This document shows, in pieces, positions 1-6,972 of a stretch of 41,568 nucleotides of DNA. The stretch spans positions 1 through 41,568 of the forward strand of contig BTVI01000030.1 of NCBI GenBank assembly GCA_045862955.1. Reading direction: 5' to 3'. Source of the stretch: Fimbriimonadales bacterium (GTDB lineage Bacteria > Armatimonadota > Fimbriimonadia > Fimbriimonadales > JABRVX01). The notes under the pieces were generated by a model. It was given only the letters and a program-made list of their open reading frames with translations. It was not told the origin of the DNA and did no database searches. Both the position numbers and the translations under genes were made by a program. Within the stretch, counting starts at the first letter, position 1. The number at the start of each line of letters is the position of its first letter.

Positions 1-3000
1 AACGGACCCACCGTGTGAGTGCCCTGGTCGCACGGCGCATCGGTGTGTACCACCACGCCGTCGATCAGCACCTCGCAACGCTTCAGCGGCCCAGGCAGGT
101 TGTCACTGACCGTGTAGGTCACGCTGACAGGGCTCTTCACGCACTGACCCTCAGTCGGAGCGTTCACCCTCGCGGTCGGTGGCGTGTTGTCCACCTTGAA
201 GTTGACGACCAGACTCGTGCCCACGTTGTCGCACTCGTCTACCGCACGCACTTGCACCGTGTGAGGACCGTCACCCAGAGCGAACGGACCCACCGTGTGA
301 GTGCCCTGGTCGCACGGCGCATCGGTGTGTACCACCACGCCGTCGATTAGCACCTCGCAACGCTTCAGCGCACCGGGGAGGTTGTCGCTAACCGTATACG
401 TCACGCTGACAGGGCTGCGAACACACTGACCTTCCTGCGGGGCATCTACCGCCACCGTCGGAGGAGTCTCGTCCACCGTGAAGGTGACGAGCGCGCTCTG
501 ACCCACGTTGTCGCAGTCATCGGTAACACGCACCTGAACGGTGTGCAAGCCATCGCTCAGCGCGAACGGACCCGCGACGTAGTCACCCTGCGGACACGGC
601 GCGTCGGTCTTGACCACGACACCGTCGATCAGTAGCTCGCACTTCTTCAGCGGACCCGGCAGGTTGTCGGCAACACTGTAACGCACGGTCACCGACTTAC
701 CGGTGCACTGACCGTCCTGAGGCGCCGTGATCGTAGCAGTGGGAGGAGTCTCGTCCACCGTGAAGGTGACCAGCGCGCTCACACCGACGTTGTCGCAATC
801 ATCGGTTACTCGCACCTGCACGGTGTGGACACCGTCAGCCAGCGCAAACGGTCCCGCCACGTAATCACCCTGCGGACACGGTGCGTCGGTCCTGACGACG
901 ATACCGTCGATCAGCAGCTCGCACTTCTTCAGCGGACCGGGCAGGTTGTCGGCAACGGTGTAACGCACGGTGACCGACTTACCGGTACACTGCCCGTCCT
1001 GCGGAGATGTAATCGTCGCAGTAGGCGGCGTGTTGTCCACCTTGAAGTTGACAAGGGTGCTGGTACCGACGTTGTTGCAATCATCGGTCGCGCGCACCTG
1101 AACAGTGTGAGGCCCGTCGGCTAGCACGAACGGTCCGACCGTGTGAGTGCCCTGGTCGCACGGCGCGTCGGTGTGAACCACGGCGCCATCTATCAGCACC
1201 TCGCAACGCTTCAGAGGACCGGGTAAGTTGTCAGACACCGTGTAGGTGACACGAACTGGGCTCTTCACGCACTGCCCTTCGGTCGGTGCATCCACCCTCA
1301 CCGTCGGAGGAGTCTCGTCCACCACGAACGTCACCGTTGCACTCAGGCCCACGTTGTTACAGTCATCGGTTGCGCGAACCTGGACCGTGTGCGGGCCATC
1401 GCTCAGCGTGAACGGGCCGACCGTGTGAGTGCCTTGCGTGCACGGTGCGTCGGTGTGCACCACCACACCGTCGATCAGCAGCTCGCACTTCTTCAGCGGA
1501 CCCGGCAGGTTGTCGGAGACCGTGAAGGTGACGCTAACGGACCGCCCCGTGCACTGACCCTCGGTCGGTGCATCCACGCGGGCCGTAGGAGGCGTATCGT
1601 CCACCGTGAAGGTCACGAGCGCGCTCAGGCCGACGTTGTCGCAATCGTCCGTCACACGCACTTGCACCGTGTGCAAACCGTCGGCGAGGTCGAAAGGTCC
1701 TGCCGTGTAGTTGCCTTGCGGGCAGGGTGCATCGGTCTTGACTACCACGCCATCGATCAACAGCTCGCACTTCTTCAGCGGACCTGGTAGGTTATCCGCC
1801 ACGCTGTACGATATCGAGACGCTGCGCCCGGTGCACTGACCGTCCTGCGGCGAGGTGACCGTCGCAGTGGGCGGCGTATTGTCCACCTTGAAGTTGACCA
1901 GAGTGCTAGTACCGACGTTCTCGCAGTCGTCCTTCACTCGCACCTGAACCGTGTGAGGACCGTCGGCCAATGCCATCGTGTGCTCGTACGAACCCTGCGG
2001 GCACGGCACTTGCGTCTTGACTACCACACCGTCCACGAGAAGCTCGCAGATGGGCAGTGGTCCAGGCAGATTGTCGGCAACCGTGTACCGAATGGTAACA
2101 GGACTCCGAACGCACTGACCTTCGGCAGGAGCATCCACGCTGGCCGTCGGCGGTGTGTTATCCACCTTGAAGCCGACGACGCTACTGAGGCCGACATTGT
2201 TACAGTCGTCCGTCACGCGCACCTGCACCGTGTGGTTACCGTCCGGCAGCGCGAACGGCCCTACGGTTTGCGTGCCCTGCGGACACGGCGCTTGTGAGTG
2301 TACGACCACACCGTCAATCAGCACCTCACACAGCTTGAGCGGGCCTGGCAGGTTGTCGGACACGGTAAAGCGCACGCTCACTTGACCCGTAACGCACTGC
2401 CCCTCTGCCGGCGCCTCGATGGTTGCAGTCGGCGGCGTGTCATCCACCTTGAAGGTGACGGTAGCACTGGTGCCGATGTGCTGGCAATCGTCCTCGGCCC
2501 GTACGAACACTGTGTGAGTCCCCTCGCTCAATGTGACCGGACCGAAGGTATGCGTTCCTTGCGGGCAGGGGGCTTTCGTCTGCACCTTGACGCCGTCGAG
2601 CCACAGCTCACAGTATCGCAGCGGATCCGGGATGTTATCAGCGACGGTATAGGTGATCGTTACCTGATTGCGCACGCACTGCCCGTCGGACGGCGCAGTC
2701 ACCGTGAGGGTGGGCGGAGTATCGTCCACCTTGAAGGTGATGGGAGCACTAGCACCCGGGTTACCGCACGCATCTACGACCCGGATCTCTACGGTGTGGT
2801 AGCCTTCGGAAAGCGTGAAGGGCCCCACGGTGTGGCTGCCCTGCGGACACGGTTCGATGGTCTGCCGAACTACGCCATCAATCAAGACCTCACACTTCGA
2901 CAGGTTGCCGGGAAGCGTGTCAGCTACCGTGAACTCGATGGTGACAGGGTTCCGAAGGCACTGGCCATCTTGGGGCGCCACGATGACAGCAGTCGGGGGG

Positions 3001-3006
3001 GTGCGG
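1..3006 (-). repeat. Coding tandem repeat, 282-bp (94-aa) unit, 10 full copies plus one partial
   Basis: The Val-Asp unit boundary (mostly gtccac on + strand) recurs near 189, 471, 753, 1035, 1317, 1599, 1881, 2160, 2442, 2724, 3006. Spacing is 282 except one 279. Confidence 0.9.
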
Positions 3007-3770
3007 TCTACGAAGAAGTCGGCGACTGCGGTCGAGATGTTACCTGGCGACCGACATAGCTCCTCGGGATCGAAACCGGCCTGATCCTGGACGACGAAAC
3101 TCAGCCTATGTGCGCCGTCCGACAGCGTCGTCAGGTCGAGCACGCCGATCGGCGTCGTGAACGGACAATCGTTCACGGGGCCCTGCGTGGGGGTTATCTG
3201 GACATCGTCCAGCTCCCAGTACCAGCGGCGAATGCAGTGCAGGTCGTTCGCAGTACCCTGGTATTCGAGAGAGTCGTCTGACGCGTTGTAGCACGCCTTC
3301 GGGTTCAGGATGAAGGCCTCAGCATCCGGGGGTGTGTTGTCCACCACGAAAGGCACTTCGTCGAACTCCAGGACCACCTCACCGTTCTGGGTCTGCTGGA
3401 GCAACTCCGCTCGGAACGTATAGTTCCCATCGGCGAGCGGGGCGAGCGGGCTTTTCGTGTTAATACAGGGCGGCCAGATTCCGAACTCGCATCCATCGGG
3501 ACAGGTCGGTCCAGCGATGACACGCACGACGTTGTTGCCTGCGTCCAGGATGACGAGTTGAACTCGTGAAAGGAGTTCCCCGGTTGCCGCGTAATGGATC
3601 TCGAGCTGCACGAACTGCGAGACCACCATGTTCGGCTCTGGGATGATGATCTGGACGAACCGAGGCCCCGTGCCCCAATTGGAGCCTGGCTTGTCCACTG
3701 GATCGATAGTGACTTGAGCCGCAGCCAGAATCGGCAGCAGCAAGCACAGGATGCTAAGAAACCGACGCAT
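1..3770 (-). CDS. Large secreted Cys-rich Ig-like repeat protein (3' end truncated by window edge); paralog of 6973-10365 and 13492-15603
   Basis: Manual translation from ATG at 3770: MRRFLSILCLLLPILAAA-QVTIDP (signal peptide), two unique domains, then ~94-aa repeats such as VDNTPPTATVTSPQDGQC...DNLPGPLKKCELLIDGVVVKTDAPCPQG...ADGLHTVQVRVTDDCDNVG. The 282-bp periodicity keeps the frame to the window edge. Absent from the ORF track because it has no stop in the window. Confidence 0.9.
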   Translation of the reverse strand, partial: MRRFLSILCLLLPILAAAQVTIDPVDKPGSNWGTGPRFVQIIIPEPNMVVSQFVQLEIHYAATGELLSRVQLVILDAGNNVVRVIAGPTCPDGCEFGIWPPCINTKSPLAPLADGNYTFRAELLQQTQNGEVVLEFDEVPFVVDNTPPDAEAFILNPKACYNASDDSLEYQGTANDLHCIRRWYWELDDVQITPTQGPVNDCPFTTPIGVLDLTTLSDGAHRLSFVVQDQAGFDPEELCRSPGNISTAVADFFVDRTPPTAVIVAPQDGQCLRNPVTIEFTVADTLPGNLSKCEVLIDGVVRQTIEPCPQGSHTVGPFTLSEGYHTVEIRVVDACGNPGASAPITFKVDDTPPTLTVTAPSDGQCVRNQVTITYTVADNIPDPLRYCELWLDGVKVQTKAPCPQGTHTFGPVTLSEGTHTVFVRAEDDCQHIGTSATVTFKVDDTPPTATIEAPAEGQCVTGQVSVRFTVSDNLPGPLKLCEVLIDGVVVHSQAPCPQGTQTVGPFALPDGNHTVQVRVTDDCNNVGLSSVVGFKVDNTPPTASVDAPAEGQCVRSPVTIRYTVADNLPGPLPICELLVDGVVVKTQVPCPQGSYEHTMALADGPHTVQVRVKDDCENVGTSTLVNFKVDNTPPTATVTSPQDGQCTGRSVSISYSVADNLPGPLKKCELLIDGVVVKTDAPCPQGNYTAGPFDLADGLHTVQVRVTDDCDNVGLSALVTFTVDDTPPTARVDAPTEGQCTGRSVSVTFTVSDNLPGPLKKCELLIDGVVVHTDAPCTQGTHTVGPFTLSDGPHTVQVRATDDCNNVGLSATVTFVVDETPPTVRVDAPTEGQCVKSPVRVTYTVSDNLPGPLKRCEVLIDGAVVHTDAPCDQGTHTVGPFVLADGPHTVQVRATDDCNNVGTSTLVNFKVDNTPPTATITSPQDGQCTGKSVTVRYTVADNLPGPLKKCELLIDGIVVRTDAPCPQGDYVAGPFALADGVHTVQVRVTDDCDNVGVSALVTFTVDETPPTATITAPQDGQCTGKSVTVRYSVADNLPGPLKKCELLIDGVVVKTDAPCPQGDYVAGPFALSDGLHTVQVRVTDDCDNVGQSALVTFTVDETPPTVAVDAPQEGQCVRSPVSVTYTVSDNLPGALKRCEVLIDGVVVHTDAPCDQGTHTVGPFALGDGPHTVQVRAVDECDNVGTSLVVNFKVDNTPPTARVNAPTEGQCVKSPVSVTYTVSDNLPGPLKRCEVLIDGVVVHTDAPCDQGTHTVGP

Positions 3771-3975
3771 GGGCGCCCATCTCACTTTCTCTAATCACTG
3801 ACGGGGACCAGAAAGGGGGCGCGTCCGGCACCTGCGCAGATTGGGCTTAGCCCTTGGCCCGCCGTGAGGCGAGGCGCACCTCACCCGCTGCGGCGAAACC
3901 CAACCACCTTAGCTCCCCGGCACTCTCGCAAAACGAATTGTACCAGCCGGATTCTTTACCGTTGACCTGGTGAAC

Positions 3976-4004
3976 ATTCTAACCGCATTGGTTCCAGCTG
4001 TCAA
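3976..4004 (-). promoter_or_regulatory. Sigma70-type promoter for the Ig-repeat gene at 3770
   Basis: Minus strand TTGACA (4004-3999), 17-bp spacer, TAGAAT (3981-3976). A second extended -10, TGgTACAAT, lies at 3945-3937. Confidence 0.75.
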
Positions 4005-4059
4005 GAGTTGCAACCTAATCACACGTACAGGTGGCCTGCAATTCGGTATTTGGGCTAGG

Positions 4060-4096
4060 CAAGAACTAAGGCCCCGGCGCCACTGCGCCGGGGCCT
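4060..4096 (-). terminator. Intrinsic terminator-like hairpin after the 4126-5949 gene
   Basis: Perfect 12-bp stem aggccccggcgc/gcgccggggcct with 4-nt loop, followed on the minus strand by TAGTTCTTG. Confidence 0.7.
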
Positions 4097-4125
4097 CGCC
4101 CTACGGAGTCTGCGGTGCTTCCCGC

Positions 4126-5949
4126 CTAGTCGCCGACGCGACCGAAGGAGGAGAGCGTCAGGCTGAGGTCTCTTACGTCGGTAATGCCGTCGCCGTTCAA
4201 GTCGGTCCGTGGATCCGTGCGCTCGGCGAACAGGACCATGAGCGCGACATCGTGCATGTCCACCTTGTTATCACCGTTGACGTCACCCGGGAACAACTCC
4301 ACGTCCAAACCGGTGCAGCCGTGCGCGGGCAGCGCGCTCAGCGTGACCTTGCGGCAGAGGTAGCCGGGCACTCGGAACTCTACTTCGAACGGGCCGGCAC
4401 CAGCTGCGAAGCGCTCACCGCGCAGTAGATAGAAGCCACTGCGGGCCTGCGGAAGCTCGTCCTCTACCACTGGCGAGCCGTTGAGCTCGCGCACACGTAC
4501 CTGCAGCTTCACGAACGACTGGTCCCCGTCGCCGTTGGGCCCTCGCCAGCCGGCTAGGTCCACGTTCTGAGCGACGCCCTGGAACTCGAACGCACCCTTG
4601 TCGGGATAGGCCTGCGACTTGCCCGTCGAGTTCACGGGACGATTGGCTCCGTTGAAATCGTCGTAGACGTACAGGTAGCCGTAGTCGAGCACCGTGCTGT
4701 CGGGCGACAGCTCGTACGACAAGGGGTCGTCCAGGAAATTGCGGTTGAGGAAATTGGGATCGGTATGGGTGGTCGTCGGTCCGGCACGTTGCAGGTCCTG
4801 CTCGGTGTCGAATGCTCCCACATCGTTCATCCAGAAGTTGGCGTAGGCCCAGTTGTAATCCGACGTCCCATCCCTACCGACGGCTGCCCGAGGGCCGCGG
4901 TTGTATGCGATCAGCTCGTTGCGGAAGGTCCCGTTGCCGTGGTCTGCCACGTACACCGCCGAGTTGCCAACCGTCGCAACGTTGTCGGCTATGGTGTTAT
5001 GGGTCAGGCGGGGCCAAGCACCGGAGCCGCGGACGAGGATGGTTGCAGACCCGGCTCGGTTTCGGCTGAACACGTTGTTGGCAATGTCCGTCGAAGTGTA
5101 GTCGTACAGGTCGGCTGCCGAGCCATAGGTTGCCTCGTTCTCGACGAAGAAGTTGCGGGTGAAGGGCACCTGCTGCACCCTACGCAGCCAGATGGCACCA
5201 CCGCCTTCGAGCGCCGTCGAGGTAGCGACATTACGCTCGAACCGAGAGCACATCACATAGCCGAGGCCCGCGTCCATAGCCAGGCCACCACCCCTCGCGG
5301 CAACGCACTCTCGAACCGTCAGCTCGGATGCCTTGAACCCCGCACCGACGGCGTGAATGCCTCCACCCGACCCGGTAGTGGAGCATCGCTGAACCAGGAC
5401 CCGGGTCAGCTCGATGGAGCCGTTGGCAACGGAGATTCCGCCGCCGTGGTTGCCTGTGTACGACGTGCAATCCTCTACGACCACATCGGTGAGTCGTACG
5501 TTGTCCGACTGGTACGAGTAGAGCCCTCCGCCGAACCCGACCGCGTTGCCGTTGCGTAGGGTGAGCCGGTCGAGCACCGTGTCGTGCGCGCGATTGAGCC
5601 GAAGGACGCGGCCCTGGCGTCCGGCATCCAGAACCGTCGCGCCCCCATGCCGCGCCTCGAGTGTGGCTTCATCGCCCGCGAAACCGCCATAGAGCTCGAT
5701 GCCCGAAACGTTGATCGTAAGCATCTCGAGATAGACGCCCTGGCGGAGCCACAGCTGTGCGGGGCCGCCGGCAGCCTGAAGTGCACCAGCCACGGTGCGC
5801 TTGGCGGCTGCCCAGCTGAGGCCGGAGTTGGCGTCGTTGCCATCGGGCGAGACATAGATGACCTGCGCGGCATTGGCAATCGCGGACACCGCCAACACCG
5901 CTGCCATCACTACCGGCTTCGAGAACGATCCGAATGGCCGATGATTCAC
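4126..5949 (-). CDS. Secreted right-handed parallel beta-helix protein (DUF1565-like start) with choice-of-anchor-Q-like segment and C-terminal dockerin-like EF-hand pair
   Basis: RBS AAGGAG then GTG at 5949. Signal peptide, then IYVSPDGNDANSGLSWAAAKRTV, GGG-rich beta-helix turns, LSPDSTVLDYG..DFNGANRP..PDKGAFE, and GDVNGDNKVD / DLNGDGITD. The upstream ORF extension to 6327 looks non-coding. Confidence 0.85.
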   Translation of the reverse strand: MNHRPFGSFSKPVVMAAVLAVSAIANAAQVIYVSPDGNDANSGLSWAAAKRTVAGALQAAGGPAQLWLRQGVYLEMLTINVSGIELYGGFAGDEATLEARHGGATVLDAGRQGRVLRLNRAHDTVLDRLTLRNGNAVGFGGGLYSYQSDNVRLTDVVVEDCTSYTGNHGGGISVANGSIELTRVLVQRCSTTGSGGGIHAVGAGFKASELTVRECVAARGGGLAMDAGLGYVMCSRFERNVATSTALEGGGAIWLRRVQQVPFTRNFFVENEATYGSAADLYDYTSTDIANNVFSRNRAGSATILVRGSGAWPRLTHNTIADNVATVGNSAVYVADHGNGTFRNELIAYNRGPRAAVGRDGTSDYNWAYANFWMNDVGAFDTEQDLQRAGPTTTHTDPNFLNRNFLDDPLSYELSPDSTVLDYGYLYVYDDFNGANRPVNSTGKSQAYPDKGAFEFQGVAQNVDLAGWRGPNGDGDQSFVKLQVRVRELNGSPVVEDELPQARSGFYLLRGERFAAGAGPFEVEFRVPGYLCRKVTLSALPAHGCTGLDVELFPGDVNGDNKVDMHDVALMVLFAERTDPRTDLNGDGITDVRDLSLTLSSFGRVGD

Positions 5950-6388
5950 TTGTGCCGCTCCTTCTGTGTAGAAATCGTGGGGCACGGAATGCCCTCTCGG
6001 GTGGCTCATTCCCCACGGGAGCGGCGCAGGCTCTCGTATCTTCCTTGGCTTGGGACGCCGCGGGCAAAATCCGGCAAGGCTGTCAGCGCGTGAACGGCAC
6101 GGCAACGCCGATCGGGTCTTTTCGGGCCTGGTGCTGACACTGGGAGCGACACAGGTACGAGTACGGTTTTTCGGCAACCGCCATACCAGAACTGCTCGCT
6201 CGCTTCTTCCTCCCTTGCCATCTCCAAGGCAGCGGCTCGGCGTACGGGTCTCCTCTGGCACTGTGCAGACCCGCTCGCGCCTTCCCGCACTGGTATCCCA
6301 AAACCTACCGGTGCCTGGTGGTAGCACATGACTGGCGAGGCTCTTCCCCGCTCGCCCTTCACAGGGGATAGAGGACGGGGCACTGGCG

Positions 6389-6560
6389 ACGGCATGCTGA
6401 AACCCACGGCATGCTTAGACCCACTCGTCATGCTTTAACCCACGTCATGCTGAAACCAACGTCATCCGGAAACCAACGTCATCCGGAAACCAACGTCATC
6501 CGGAAACCAACGTCATCCGGAAACCAACGTCATCCGGAAACCAACGTCATCCGGAAACCA
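6389..6560. repeat. 17-bp tandem repeat (VNTR-like): 4 degenerate plus 6 identical copies of ACGTCATCCGGAAACCA
   Basis: Identical units start at 6459, 6476, 6493, 6510, 6527, 6544. Degenerate units start at 6389, 6406, 6425, 6442. Confidence 0.95.
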
Positions 6561-6561
6561 A

Positions 6562-6756
6562 CGTCATGCTGAGCCTGTCGAAGCATGGGACCGCCGGCCG
6601 CACGTTTTCAAATTCACCCGGTGGCTGGGGCCCTCCCGGCCGCATGCTTCGACTGGCTCAGCATGACGGTGTAGGACACCCGGCCCTCGAGGCTGCGAGG
6701 CGTGAGGGTCCAGTACGCCGTCAGGCGTCCACAGGCTCAGCATGACGGTGCAGGAC
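6562..6756. repeat. REP-like element: 26-bp inverted repeat pair plus a third partial copy
   Basis: CGTCATGCTGAGCCTGTCGAAGCATG (6562-6587) pairs with CATGCTTCGACTGGCTCAGCATGACG (6643-6668), 1 mismatch. A direct copy of the right arm lies at 6731-6756. Resembles the GTCAxxCTGAGCxTGTCGAAG class of extragenic palindromes (from memory). Confidence 0.8.
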
Positions 6757-6886
6757 GGCTGCACGCTCTCACCGGCCCATCCTCGGGATAGGGCCGAGGT
6801 GAAGGTGTATCGTGCCAGCTCTCGGCATCGGTTCCGAAGCAGAGGCTCTTCCCCCACTGCATACCCGTGGCGCCTCCGGCAGCTGC

Positions 6887-6923
6887 AAGAACAAAGGTAG
6901 CGGCCCCGCCGGAGCGGGGCCGC
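6887..6923 (-). terminator. Intrinsic terminator-like hairpin after the 6973-10365 gene
   Basis: 10-bp stem gcggccccgc/gcggggccgc with 4-nt loop; minus-strand tail TACCTTTGTTCTT. Confidence 0.7.
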
Positions 6924-6972
6924 ACCTCTCGGCCTCCTGTGTTGCACGAGTAGTGCCGAAGTTAGTAAGAGC

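Noticed and set aside
15..3084. Series of plus-strand ORFs with repeated His/Arg/Val-rich sequence
   Set aside because: Antisense shadows of the minus-strand 282-bp coding repeat, which has a signal peptide, promoter and coherent Ig motifs.
3305..3580. Apparent frameshift near the start of the 3770 gene
   Set aside because: Re-reading the C run at 3578-3581 keeps the frame open (…YAATGELLSRVQ…); the 3305-3523 ORF is an off-frame artefact.
5950..6327. N-terminal 126-aa extension of the 4126 gene given by the ORF track
   Set aside because: RBS, GTG at 5949, signal peptide and paralog alignment all place the start at 5949.
6389..6560. CRISPR array
   Set aside because: Units are 17 bp and directly adjacent with no unique spacers; no cas genes in the window.
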